A DNA stretch of 64,000 nt from contig JAYWIR010000041.1 of NCBI GenBank assembly GCA_036172245.1, positions 496,001-560,000 of the forward strand, read 5' to 3'. Of this stretch, positions 1-12,185 are shown piece by piece. Each line of letters begins with the position of its first letter. The first letter of the stretch is position 1. This DNA is from Raillietiella orientalis. Taxonomy: Eukaryota. The translations under genes were made by a program, and so were the position numbers. The notes beneath the pieces were generated by a model. The model searched no databases, was not told the origin of the DNA, and saw only the letters and a list, made by a program, of their open reading frames with translations.

Positions 1-1600
1 CCAACAGAAAATTGGCACTTGGATGACAGGTTCGCATTTAGCATCTCCACGCGCTGATCCGCCAGCGGACACAAAAGGAACCGTCATCGAAATACGATTA
101 GGGGTTTAGAAGGGGCTAACCATTGAGAGTGAGCCACGCTGCATCTGCCAATAACAGGGAACGAATTCTGGGAATATATAGGGATTGCTTACCAGGTCCC
201 TTCCCTTAGAATGAGGAAGAGGAAACCGGGATGCGAGGAGTCACTTCGCCTCCCTTCAAGGGGTGCTCCATCTTGGGAAGATTTCACAGTCTCGTTTGGA
301 GCCACCGGCCTTTCCGGAGCCAGGAATGTCGTGGAGACGTTTTCGAGAGCGCGGCATCCGAGCCTCTAGGGATGGGGAACTTCCAGCAGGTGGGTCAGCG
401 GAGAAAACTTCCCGGGACGTTCCCTTTCAGCTCCTTTTGGGGTCCGCCATCTGGAGGCAGGTCGCTTCGAATCGCTCCGTCGCCGTCGTTGTCGAGGTTT
501 CCCTAGAGCCCCGCGAACGGTAGTGCCTGGTTGCGGGAAACTGTTCGCACGTGGGGACAGATCGGCATGCAACGCGCCCAATAGGAACGACGGTTTCTGT
601 TTGGGAGCTACAAAAGTTGCACGCTCCGAGAGATCCTGGAGGATCCGAGGAAGAGAGCGTGGGGAGGAAGAAACCCCTCGCTGCTGCGCTGGAATCCCTA
701 ATGGAAGATCAGCACAGCGATGTTGCGGCGAAGTGAGAGGTTACAATAACAATCTCCGGGAAGGAGAAGAAGATAGGAGAGTGGAAGACGGGCCAGCTAA
801 CAGATGCTGCGATCCCGAGTACGCTTCCCAATGGACTTCTGCTCTGGGGCGCGCTGCTCGATGTTTCCATTGAACGTCTGAAGTGGGCCCCGGTACTTAT
901 GAACACCTCCACCCTCCCCTTAAAATGATAGGAGTCGGCTCTCCTGTTGCAGCACTGGGGACTCACCTGCAACGCCCGCCGACACCACTGGACCTGGGGA
1001 GCGGTGGACCCCAATTGTGTTAGGTGTGGGGAACGGGAGTCCCTCCCCTACCTCCTTGTGGATTGTGTTGCCCTTCGACCCCTTTGGTCACGCTTTGCCG
1101 CGGCCATTGGAATCCCCTGTGGCAACCCCAGGGACTCTCTGAAAGCCCTCTTCGTTGCCGACGCCCTTCGGCCAGCGGCCTCGATAGCAGCCTTGTGCTG
1201 CCTTCGCGGGATCGTCGCCGCATGGAGCACGGCTACGGGAGGACCACGCGACAAGGGTGCCATCCAGGGCGCCGCCCAATTCCTGAGGAGAGCGCCGCGA
1301 TGGCCCCATCTGGATCCAAGCATACAGCAAGAGCTTGCCGGCATCCTGCAAAGGATGTAACGGTCCCAGCAGCAACAGTGATCCCTTCCCGTACCATCCC
1401 ACTTTTTCTTTTCTTTTTGTTTAGTTTTTTATTTTTCCCCCCTTCCCCCTGCTGCCGTGGTGGACCGTACCGGTCTGCGAACCGGTGACCCGGCAGGCTC
1501 TGTGCTTCTTCGTGCGTGGCTGGAGCATTGGTCCAGCCACTGCACGTCTTTGTAAAAGTTTATTTTTCAATAAACACCCCGGCGAAATCCGAGTGAAAAT
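1..1600 (+). mobile_element. L1/Tx1-like LINE (family A), 3' part of ORF2 plus 3' UTR, degenerate
   Basis: ORF 947-1360 reads HWGLTCNARRHHW..DPNCVRCGERESLPYLLVDC..LW (zf-RVT-like CxxC..E..C). It is followed by a pyrimidine tract, hairpins, AATAAA (1569-1574) and a terminal hairpin. Homologous to 23850-24856 and 10900-11200. Confidence 0.85.
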
Positions 1601-1899
1601 CAAGGTTTCCCTAGATCTGTGTCTTCCAGCCCACTCTTCCCTTGGAGCCGTTTCGGGAGCGCGCAGGGTGAACAGCGGTGACGCTGTCCTCAGCGGACCG
1701 CAGTACAGGAAGTCGACTGCACCGACGCTGGAACGACCATTTCAGAGCGGAAGCACCTCCCTGTAGCTTCAGAGCAGAGCTCCACGCTGGTTCTGGTCAG
1801 AAGGACATGGGAAAAGTAGCAGCAGCGTCCCCACCCCGAAAGGGGAACACCTTCGTCGCAAAGTCAAGGAAAAAGTGGATCAAAAAAAGCAAAAACCAA

Positions 1900-3250
1900 A
1901 ACAGAACCTCGTCTTCATACCCTGCTTTCTATTTCCATCCATTCTTTGCGCACTCGTGCTTGTGCTAGTGTCCACCTGTGGCCTTGTCTTCATCACGGTG
2001 GAGGATGAGGGCATCTTGTGCTTCGGCTCATGCATCGAGGACGTCGAGCAGTCCTCGTCTTTACGGAACCGCCATTGCAGGATCACCATCGCTGACGTCA
2101 CGCGTCCACCGGCAGCAGCTCCGGTTTCTTTGTTGCAAAGCTATCCCTGAGGACAATCGAACCTTCGACCACGCTGACGGCGTTAAGTTTTCAAGCCTCG
2201 TTGCTTAGATGCTGTCCCGGCTCTTGCATACGCACCCGTGGCTGCGGCCGGTCTTCCTCCAGAGGTTGTTCCAGAGGATTGTCAACGTGCACCTCATCTG
2301 CCAGACTACCTCGGAAGTTTGTCCCAGAGGAACCATAGAGTGGTGGTTCCCTCAGCGTCATCCCACTTGCCGCAGCTTCGCGTCAACTGCAGATACTTTT
2401 TTTCCCCTCTTTCTTCCTTCCTGTCTTCGGATCAAAGATTGCAGGGTTCGATGATCTTGCATCCCTTTCCTGAAATCACCCGTGGGAGGTCAACACTCGA
2501 AGAATAGGAGACAGATGACCTGCACCAAATTCTGGCGGTCCAATGCTTCCTCTGATCAGCTGAGGTGAAGGTGCTGCTGGTTGGTGGATGCCGCCGTCGC
2601 TGCAGACCAGTTCGGAGCGCCTCCCGATCCTTGTTCGCGAAGGAAAATCTCTTCCGGTCTGCCGCTTGTAGGAGGCTGTCCGGACGCCGCACCTGTCTTT
2701 GGGATGAAAAGAATATGGTCAGGAGAACGGGAGGGAAGAAAGTGATCACATGCGTACTGGCGTCTCACGGAAGCAAAGAGGTTGGAAATTTTCATCCGGC
2801 TGACTGATCGAAATCCCGCAGAAAACTCCGCTTCCCAGGCATCCCGCAAAATAGAATTTTTCCGTTTTTTCCTTTCCTTTCTTCGGAGAGACCATCCAAA
2901 GCTTCCACTAGATTGGGAGGAGAATCCCATCGTTAGACTTCCTAAGCCACTATGAGATTCTTCCTGAATTTCCCGTGCGTGCTAGGAATAACACCTGCGG
3001 AAGAAGCACGTCCCACGGCAACGAGGCAGCAACTAAAGTGATCCACGGTCCGCTGATTCTCCGAGACCTCCATGTGACTCACGTGGTTTTGCATAAAGAC
3101 CCGATGCACTTTTAGACGCTGGAAATCCAAGAGCTCCCCGATCAAGAAGGAGTCGGAGATACAATAAGAGTCACCTCTATTATAGCGATAGGCACGAAAT
3201 TCCTTCTTTTGTTTTCCATTAGTAGGAACAGGGTTGCCCTTCTCTCGTAA
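1900..3250 (-). mobile_element. LINE ORF2 remnant (APE endonuclease + linker)
   Basis: Minus-strand motifs occur in APE order across frames: KVHRVFMQNH (DxxxxQE), SSAGVI (GVAI), LRDAW, SRSPDHILF (SRID). The linker motif RSCGKWDDAEGTTTLWF (RSRxxWxxxGExxTxxF) follows. Confidence 0.65.
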
Positions 3251-3499
3251 GTCGGTCTCTGTTTTCTAAAACTCTAATAGCCCTGAAAAGAAGCGACATC
3301 CGGAGCGTGGAATTGAAGACAGCAGGTGTCCAAGTCCCCGAGCTGAGAGGGTCGTCGGAGTTCAGACTGAGGTGGAGGGAGGGAATACGACACGAGCATC
3401 GGAGCAAGGTGGTTGCTGAGATTGTAAAATCGTCTCCAAGGATGCCGTCCATGCAGAAACCTCATAAAAATGGGAGGAGGAAGAAAGAGAACGAGGCAT

Positions 3500-5500
3500 T
3501 TCAAACGATCTCAGACGAAGTCCAACCCATCTAACACGGATCCGGTATCGCATTGGAGATTCCAACCTTCCCACGCAGACGCTGATGCTGTTGAGGCTGT
3601 TTCCTGACACGAATAATGGAATTCATGTGCTACCTTCGAAGTCGGAAAAGCTCTCGATTCCCGGGGCCGCAGAAGGAAGGCATTCACGTGATGATTCCGT
3701 CTCCCAGGGATACAGGTTCGACCTTTTGATGATGCACCCAATGCATGAATTCTTTCCCATGCATCGTCAAAGAGGACTGAATTTATTCTTCTTTGGAAGA
3801 GTAGACTGTTTCCTCAAAATTCAAAGCACGGTTGAATAGAGAGACGAGCATGTTAGAATAATGGCATTGGTGTACCAGTGTGGACAGGTGCGCACAGGTG
3901 TCTCGAAAGTGCAGGTTTCAAGCAACCAAACACGTCATGCACCTTGAGTAACTTCCAACTGCCCCTTGAATTTGCGTGGTATCAGCAGTTTGAACGTTCC
4001 AAAGTGCTTACAGCGTCTGGTCCAGACAAGACAAAAGAGCCAGGAAAAAGACAGGTCGAAATCACGTAATCGTAGGAATTTCGAATCGGTCCAGTTCAAC
4101 ATCCCCATTCCACTCTTGGTCAGAAGAAGCTGAGAGGTCTGGCCTGTTTTCACCCAGTGTTCGAGACTGCTGTGGAGTCTATTTTAACGACCTGAGTGCT
4201 GCAGGGCTGGAAGAGTGCTGTGAGTTGAGATGGAAACCGACCTGGAGCCTCGCCTGCAAGCAAGATTTCGCCTCCAAATCTATGGAATCAAAAGCAAGGT
4301 TTGTTGACACCTAGAAACATCAAAGCAGGATGCAAAATAATTCATGCAACATGCAACGTAGACTTCGCCTCCACTGTCGATCTGAAGAAAAGCTATTCCT
4401 TGAAGAAACGAAATCTCATGTGCTCCATTAAAAAAGACGATCAGTATGGATCTCAGAACAATGAAGTCATGAAAAAATGTAAATAAACATGGTTTCCTTC
4501 AAAAGGAAAGAAAAAAAAAAAAAAAAAAAAGGAGGAACCAATGAAAGCACTTGCAAACATTCGTTCACAAAAAAATACCCGTGAAATAACTCGCGTATGC
4601 TCGAGACGTACAAACGCATTAGCACATGTAAACAAACAGTGGATGTGTTCCGTGTTTGCAGATTCTTCAACAGAAAAGTATCGCTCATCAGCACACACGT
4701 GTCATATGGTACGATGAGACATGCAGATGGTCAACAGATGGCATAGGTGATCGCAAATATTTGCAGAAACTGTTGGTATTACACTGCTTTGCAAAAAGTA
4801 GTCATTCATTCTATTTCAAAGATGACCATTCAAGAAAATAAACATGCGTAAGCAAGCAATCATGATGACAGCTTGACTCGGACTTTGGAGAAATTCCTGG
4901 ACTCTGTCCAAGTGATCTGCACTCTGTGGCTTTAGAGAGTTAGGGTACGACACAATCAGAAATGATGCCGGGATGGAGATTTGTGATTCAGGACCGTCGC
5001 ATCCATGGCAACCAAGGAGTTTCAAGCCATGCTGGAAGTGAAAGCCGAACGCTTGCAAAAAGTGTGAATCGTGCCCTATCGTATTATCTTTCCTCATCAA
5101 AGATGTAATTAAGAGCGTGTACTAAAGTCGCATTTATGGCGAAAGAGCAATTATGAGATCAAACAGACTAATGGACAGAAAAAGTGTAAAGAATTCCTTC
5201 CAGAAATGTTCTTTTGAACGCATTTCCTTCTCAAAGCGTCATCTTTGACGAATTCGATGAAAACACGTGCTTTTCGATGCACACGTCGTATAGGAAATGG
5301 CATGGCATGTGCACGACACACGCAAAAATGACATCTACAACGTACAAATACACGGCATGGTACAGCAAAAGTGCAGCAAAGAAATGAAAAAATTTCTTCA
5401 GCGTTTTTCTCAGAGTAGTGAACTTACACAATCATCCATTAAGGCTTCTTCATTTAGAGGGGATGGGAGGAACGAGTGGAAAAGTCTAATGTCCTTTGAT
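3500..5500 (-). pseudogene. Degenerate DUF4116-like repeat sequence
   Basis: Fragments such as YPNSLKPQSADHLDRVQEFLQSPSQAV (ORF 4816-5100) loosely fit the NG.AL.YAS..L..D.EFV..AV repeat. There is no continuous frame. Confidence 0.35.
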
Positions 5501-5710
5501 GCCAGTTCCATTATCAAAATTATACATATCTTAAACAGGTGGTAATTCATACCTCTAACCCGATAAAATCTCGCCTCTTAAACATTAATCACTTAAAATC
5601 CCTTCCTTTGAACGGCAGCTTCTATTTTTTTTTTTTTAAAAAAAAAAAAAAGATGCCTTCCGGTGTTCTCATAACATTTTTTTTTTTTTTTTTTTTAAAA
5701 AGGAAAGGCA

Positions 5711-6960
5711 TTGGAGTCATTCTGGCGTTTGTATAATTCATTAGTAAATGATGTGGCGATTGCACTGCCACGGTGGAGCCAGCAACTGCAACGACTCTCT
5801 CTGACGAGAAACGCGAACATTCTCAGGGCTCGATTTCTACTGCTGGGAATCACAAGAAATCTCTGCTTTCCTCCACGGCATCATCGAGGATCCCGGCAGT
5901 CGAATGGTACTAACATTCTCTTCGGACTATTCGGCCGTGACAAATCTCCTCTACACCTGCAAATAGCTCAAAGGAGCCATCTCCACGAACAGGAAGCTCT
6001 TCTATCGAATAGAGGTACAATTAAACTATGTTCCCGGATCCTACCGATAGAATTGGTGGCGCCGCGCCAGGCCATCCTGACCATCCACAAGATCGGACTG
6101 CGGGTGCAGTCCCGACTTTTTGCCCTTCGAGGGAAATTGTGGCCACGGATGTGCTCCGGCACGCCACACCCTCCGGAGATGCACAGGAAGCGCAGAACTT
6201 CTTTAGCTGCTGCCGCTAGCCGACATAAGAGGACGGGATTTGGCCACCCCCTGAGGCAGCTGTTCTCATTGTTGGAATCCCTGACTTCAATCTCCTGCTT
6301 CTCCTAAAACTGGTACGCCTGGTGGCACAGGGACCCTGGGTTGTCACTCTGGAAGTAAAACCAGAGGAACCGCGTCCGCCGCGGAAACTCCCACGCAAGC
6401 CGCTGGGAGATATTCCGCAGAACTGGACGCAGTGGTCCACGATAACCGTCACACCCCTTGCCGCAGCACTGCCTGCCCTCGGGGCAAACGGTGACGGCAG
6501 CCGACCGACGGGATGGGAGTTCTCCTGCAACACTGCAGAAGTCGAGAAACTACCTGTTTGCGAGGTACGGCTGCAAGACGAGAGCTTTGGTGGACGGCAC
6601 CACCCCTCGCCTCCGGGCGAAGGGAGTCCTTCGGTGGAGCGGCCTTTTCAGTGTGACCACCGAGGAACTCGCGGTCCCTTTCCTGTGTGTGGGCGCTTCG
6701 GTGCTCCCGCTGCTCTTGGAAACCACAGTTCGCTCTGCTGTTTCCTGCACTGGGGATTGCCGGCACAACCGGCGCAGGCACCTAGTTTCCAGGGATGTTG
6801 CCTCCCAGAACTGCCCCGGGACATGTTGGACGTTAGGCCTGCTGGACTGCGGTGCCCTGGAGGACGCGTGGCGAAGACTCCCTGAGGCGGTACGCCATCC
6901 GCAGCCCCCCGTCATGCTTCGGACTTGTTGCGACGCTTCTTCACTCATTGCGGGTTGACG
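5711..6960 (+). mobile_element. LINE ORF2 post-RT/C-terminal remnant
   Basis: ALPRWSQQLQRLSLTRNANIL resembles the post-RT L..W...LS..GR motif. HNRRRHLVSRDVASQNCPGTC..LLDCGALEDAW resembles the zf-RVT-like C-terminus of family A. Confidence 0.65.
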
Positions 6961-6999
6961 GCGGGATCTGTGATTGCCACGAGATGCTGCGCCCGCGTC

Positions 7000-7980
7000 C
7001 ATCGTCCCAGCTCGCTCCGTGAGGGAGTCTCGTTCTCAGCGAAGGGAAACCACCAGCGTGGCTGTCGCATTCATGAGGACGTCTGCAAGGTGGCCTCACC
7101 TGCCAGAACGCTTCGAGTAAGAAAGGAACGTGTTGTACCAACGATCCCTGTCTATGGCGAACTCTACGGCGTATCCTAGGTTTCCAAGACCTCTTCAGAT
7201 AGGTACATGGCTTTTTTCCGTACCAATAGGAACTTCCGGATGAGTTCGTCTTTTTCCTCCCTGGTGGCTGCGGCAGATGATTTCTGCGGCAACGGAAAAA
7301 CGAATGGTTTTCCCAGTCCACGCTGCCGTGGTCTCGGTTCACTTTGGTGAACCCCGTGAGACTCACTGAGACCTCACGCGAGCGTGTGCTTCCCATCTGC
7401 TGCCATCTACCCAACGTCTGATTCATCGGACACTTCAAAGGTGAACTTCAGCTCTACCGCCCTCTTGAATTTCGGTCATTCCGAGTGTCCGCAAAGCAGG
7501 AGAGACGGACTCTTGAGTGGAACACGTTTGAACCGATGCAGGGTGGAGCTGACCTGTCAGATTGGGAACGTTGGAGTTCCCGACCGCTCGCACCGCACCG
7601 CACCGCACGCAAGCCTGCCTTCGGGAACCTGGCAGAGGTGGCTGCCGCCCTGCAGGGGCTGTGAACATTCATTCCCAGACCTGGCGAACATCGGTAAAAG
7701 GATGAAGCATGCTCACTATGAAGCATGCTCACATGAAGGATGCTCACTATCCGTAAAAGGATGAAGCACGGAGGAAAGGATCCGGAAGTTCTTCCTGAAG
7801 AAGTCCCAGATCTCTCGGAACCTCCTGGTGATGAAGGCGCCGCTTCTTGCTCGCGGTCTGCCTCCTCGCGACGGCGAGACCGGAATGTCCCTGAAGACGA
7901 AACATCCGGTGTCCGATCCGTACGGGTTCTCCGGAACTGTGCGTGGTTAGGTGAGAGTCAGCTAGGAGACAAATACCGAA
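7000..7980 (-). mobile_element. LINE reverse-transcriptase remnant
   Basis: ORF 6941-7438 contains SLTGFTKVNRDHGSVDW (LDFxKAFDxV-like) and RVRHRQGSLVQHVPFLL (GVRQGxPLSPxLF-like). Upstream is FITRRFREIWDFF (pre-RT). Confidence 0.65.
7694..7768 (+). repeat. Short tandem/templated repeat
   Basis: GTAAAAGGATGAAGCA occurs at 7694-7709 and 7753-7768, with three ATGAAG(C/G)ATGCTCAC units overlapping the first copy and between them. Confidence 0.85.
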
Positions 7981-8099
7981 GCATCTCATTTATGAAAGGT
8001 TTGACCGAAGAATCTCATTTGAAGAACATAACAAAACAAAACAAAAGAAAGCAAAGAAGTCATTTCTTGCATGGCGATGCACGAAACCCAGCCAATGGG

Positions 8100-10300
8100 G
8101 AAGCTGCCTTCGTTTCGTTCCAGGACCGGTCATCTTTTCTCGAAGGCACCCAGTAGCTCGTTGCTTCGAAGGGCAGAAGAGCATCCTCGTCAGGGAGGGG
8201 TTTTCTTTTCCTCGTAGTTCTTGGTTTCTGAGGCAAGAACGCAAAGTCCGTTGACAACCGGTACTGTTCTATGAAAGTGGATGGCGACCTCCCCCTGAAG
8301 TCCAGGGGCTTCAGCTTCCTACCTCGCCGCGGCAGCGCGGTGCGTTGGATCCAGTAAGGAGCCTCTCGTGTGGCTTCGAAAAGGGCGAGGACCATCCGAT
8401 GCAGGTTGCTGCTTGCGGGCGTCGCCGCACGTCTTCCGTGGGTCCTCGGCCCAGCGAAAGAACCTGCGAAGAAACGTTTGCTGTCACGGACTGATCTTTC
8501 GTACTTTCACATTGTCTCTTAACGTTGTTGCACCACGGGGCTGCTCTCTGCTCCGCAGTCCTGGATCGGTTGCGGAGGGTCTGCTGAGGGGCTAACGTTT
8601 TGTTTGCGTTTTCCATCCGGGCCTCAGCCGAGGGGCTCGCAATGACTCTCGACGCAATGAGGCAGTCAGTCCGAAGCGCGCCCACCAGCCCTTTCTGTCC
8701 GTTCCTTGCATTCGGAATGCTGAGGACTTCCGACCTCCAGAAGAATCGGGGGAAGGTGGAACATCGCTTCACTTCCGGTTACCTCGACACGGGAAAGGGA
8801 GAATTCCTGGATTCCCCGAGGAGAACGTGGCGGCTCCTTGAATTCCATCTCCCGTGCCGTGAGGTGGCACGTGACAAGGCTCGGAAGCGAGGGGAGGTCT
8901 CAGGGTTCGGGGAGCTTTCCCTCGAGGCGGTCGGAAGGAGGCATCCCTGATCCCTGACGCACCAGCTGGGGTGCTCGAGGACGCCAATCTCTTCCTGTCC
9001 AGGGACGTCACACCTGGGTTCACAGGGCTGCCTCCGACACCTCAGGTGAGGAAGTGGAACTGACTCTTTGCAGGCAGCATTCGGCTGGTGGAACGTGAGC
9101 ACGTTGGAGGCGCGCACGTCAGCGGGAGGTGCTGCTCCTGATTCTCCGCGTCGAGGTCCCGTAGCCGTGCTCGCAGGGACGTTCCCGGGGCTCGGAGCCG
9201 CTTTCGCTTGATTCGGAGTCCGGGACAACGATCAGTCCGTGTCAATCCACGTTGCCAGCTATGGTCCTGCCTCCCGATTAAATATTCAGGACTCCTTCGG
9301 ACTGCGCCCGTGCGAGCGAGCGCGTCGCGCTTGGTGGAAGGGGTCCCTTCGCCCTCTCCGGCAAAGAACGTCCGACCGGGACGTTCCACCCACCAGCAGC
9401 AGGGAATTCTCTCCCGCCTTTCCTCCGAATTTTCGGCTTCCTGCACTTTCGAAGGATGCCTGCCTCCCACCTAACTCCTCAACGGAGGCCCCATTTATTC
9501 TTCGTATCGGTGAGTACGCGGATGTTGTTCCGGGACCTCATCCATGCCATCCCTGCCGTTTGTTTCCCTGCAAGGCCTCGATAGGTGGAAGGCGCTGCTG
9601 CTCTCTTCTACGTGTGGAAGGCACTTGGGAGTGCAGTCCTGTGGTTAGTCAACAAATGGCTTTTTATTGATTACGGCGACGTCGTAGGTCTGGGAGCTAG
9701 GGAAGCATTAAAAGAGGAAAAAAAAAAGAAAAAAGAAGGTCCACTTCGGAGGGTACTCCTCCCACGTCCTCCATGATTGCTATCTCGTCCTCCTTCCAGC
9801 CTGGAGTCCTTGAAAGTTGCCAATGTGGAATCGGAATCTCTCGCTCGCTCCGAGAGGTGAGCATCTCCCGAATGCGAAGGGCAAGCCCTTGGGGATGGGG
9901 AGAAGCAGGAGCTCACGAGTCAAGTCGCGCGCGTCCGCGAAATTGAACGGTCGGGTGTGCGCGTGGGAGATCGAAGTCTCCAGAGAAACCGACCTCACCT
10001 GCTTCTCCAGCCGCTGCGATTTTCGCTTCCCGGGAACCACCGGCCTTGTCCTGGATTTCTGGGAGAAGCTGGTCGTGCGCGAAACCTCAGCTTCTGGAGG
10101 GGCAGCTTCCACCTGCTCGAGTCCTGCGCGCGCTGTTTTCTTCTTCCTTCCTCTCCCAGCGCCCAAAAGCTCATTCAGCACCGGATCCCTGCCAAAAAAG
10201 AACGTGCTGCCCGGGAGTTCCTGAAAAGGCATTCGCCTTCATTTCCGGCAAACAGGTGCGGAAGGGAAGCGACACACCCTGGCCACATTGAATCCGCATC
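8100..10300 (-). mobile_element. LINE remnant (ORF1 region, APE, start of RT), internally deleted
   Basis: NVLTFH...DVPGQEE is APE N-terminus-like, and ALPRRGRKLKPLDFRGRSP..YRL is RT LIPK..RPISL-like. 8780-8950 loosely resembles 36350-36430 and 38480-38560. Confidence 0.55.
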
Positions 10301-10899
10301 TGACAAGTTTCAGGTTCGTTAATTATGAATATTTCTTCTTTGCCCTTCCCACGCGATGGTCGTGCATCCGACATGCGTTCGGGGAGGTGTTTTCCGCTTC
10401 CTATCTCTCCTCGGGAACGGTCGGAGAGGCGAAGCGAAGATCAAATGTTTCATTTTCCTGCTTCCAGTTCAGCCTATCCACGAATCATTCTTTCCGGATG
10501 AGTGACACTGGTGCTTCAGTCACGTAACGCTGACGTTGTAATTGCTATTAATTACCGAACGACACTGGCGATGCTCTTGTGATGTTAATATCTCCCCTGA
10601 TGCCAAGAGACGGATTAAAACGGCCGTTGTTATTCCGACTGCCTCTTCAAATAGCGGATCCGCAACGCCCGCGCCGACTTCTGAGGAACCGTGTCCGCGA
10701 GGGCAGAGCGCAGGTCTTCCCCAATAGGGAAACTCGAAAAGGCGGACGACGCTTCCCGGGAGTGGGGGGTCTTGGAAGGGGGGCTGCTTCCGCCGACGGT
10801 TTCTCTGGTTGCTGCTCTCCCAGCCGAGGAGGACAGATCGGCACAAATGCGGGTGTTCCGAGCCACTCCGGTTTCTGCTTGTTTTCAGTCTGCTGCTGG

Positions 10900-11500
10900 T
10901 TTGACACCCGGTTGCATCCAGGAGTTTGTTTATATATGAAAAATAGGCGTCAGTGGCAGGATGCGTGGTTATAGATATACTAAAAAGAACCTGCCCAGAA
11001 CCGGCACGCAGGCTGGCGAGGTTCACCTCGGCAGCAGAGGGGGAGGGGAAACAAGAAAGAAAAATAAAACAAAAAAATATATGCAGCAAAAATGGGGAAG
11101 GTTCGGAAAGGGATGCCGGATGCTGTGCTCTGCATCCTTTTCAGGATGCCGGCTAGTTCCTGTTTCATGGTTCCCAGGCGGGGCCATCTCCACGCTATCC
11201 TCATAAAGAGCCTGCTGCTGGTTGAACGGCGGTGAATGCGTTCCGAGCCTCACCGTAGCTGACAAGAGGAGCGGTTGCTCTGGCAGCCAGCCTGCTGAGT
11301 TCCGCTTCTGCTCTGGAATTGCAGATGGCTTTCTGTGCTCGTGGTTCCGGATGGTCAGCAGGTGCCTTTGAGTGCAAGATCGCTGCGGGTGACCATCCGC
11401 GTTCCCCTCCACGAGGCAGAAACCCAGTCCGTATCTCGAAAGCCGAATTGTCTTGTTTGGTTCTCTCCTCGGGTGGAACCGAATACTCGAGATCCTTCAC
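10900..11500 (-). mobile_element. LINE family A, 3' end, with an internal deletion
   Basis: Minus strand reads KQELAGILKRM (compare QQELAGILQRM near 1330). The same 3' UTR follows (pyrimidine tract, CTGCTGCCGAGG.. hairpin, ATAAA..CCTGG-loop-CCGGG-TG). The RT-like TGFLPRG lies only about 250 bp upstream. Confidence 0.8.
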
Positions 11501-11615
11501 GGAAAGCGGTGTTCCTCCAATGCCTTCTCAATAAATAATGAGGTACTTAACCTTCAGGCTATGCATCTCATTATTTCGGATACAGAACTGCTCTCCTGCT
11601 CACCTTTGGAACCAA

Positions 11616-12185
11616 TGATTTCAAGAAGACTCCCTGTTCGAGAATTTTCTTTCCCGCTGCTGTGTGAAGTTGGGTGTCATAAGGAGAAAGGGAGTTTCTT
11701 TCTTCGTTCTTTTCCTTCCTGACTGTTTCCACATCGCACCTGCAGATGTAAGTCTGTATGTTTTCTCAATGGATTCGAGGCAAAGGCATCATCTTCGCAG
11801 AATCCTCTTCTGGCTCCTCAAGATCGTGCAAAGTTGGAACGCAGCCATATGTTGGTTGCGTGGTCATGACGTTCATCAATCTGGAGTCTTGGAATTTTCA
11901 TGAAAGCTACCTTTGTGCAGCTGCCGTGTTTCCGAGGCGTTTCACTTTCTGATTCCACCGTTGTTTCCGGATTTCTCAAAAGTTTGGAGGTTTTCTCTTC
12001 CCCTTTTTCTCCTCCGGAGACACACAGCAGGAGGAGTCCGACCGATTTGTAAGAGAATTAACCACCGTTGGAACAGTGATTTCAAGAAGACTCCCTGTTC
12101 GAGAATTTTCTTTCCCGCTGCTGTGTGAAGCTGGGTGTCATAAGGAGCAAGAGAGTTTCTTTGTTTGTTCTTTTGCTTCCTGACT
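11616..12185. repeat. Direct duplication of ~109 bp, period 461 bp
   Basis: 11616-11724 and 12077-12185 (TGATTTCAAGAAGACTCCCTGTTCGAGAATTTTCT...CTTCCTGACT) are nearly identical. Confidence 0.95.

Noticed and set aside
5625..5701. T13A14 palindrome and adjacent poly-T, plus other homopolymer and microsatellite tracts
   Set aside because: Such tracts are ubiquitous in the window, their lengths are error-prone, and no specific function can be supported.
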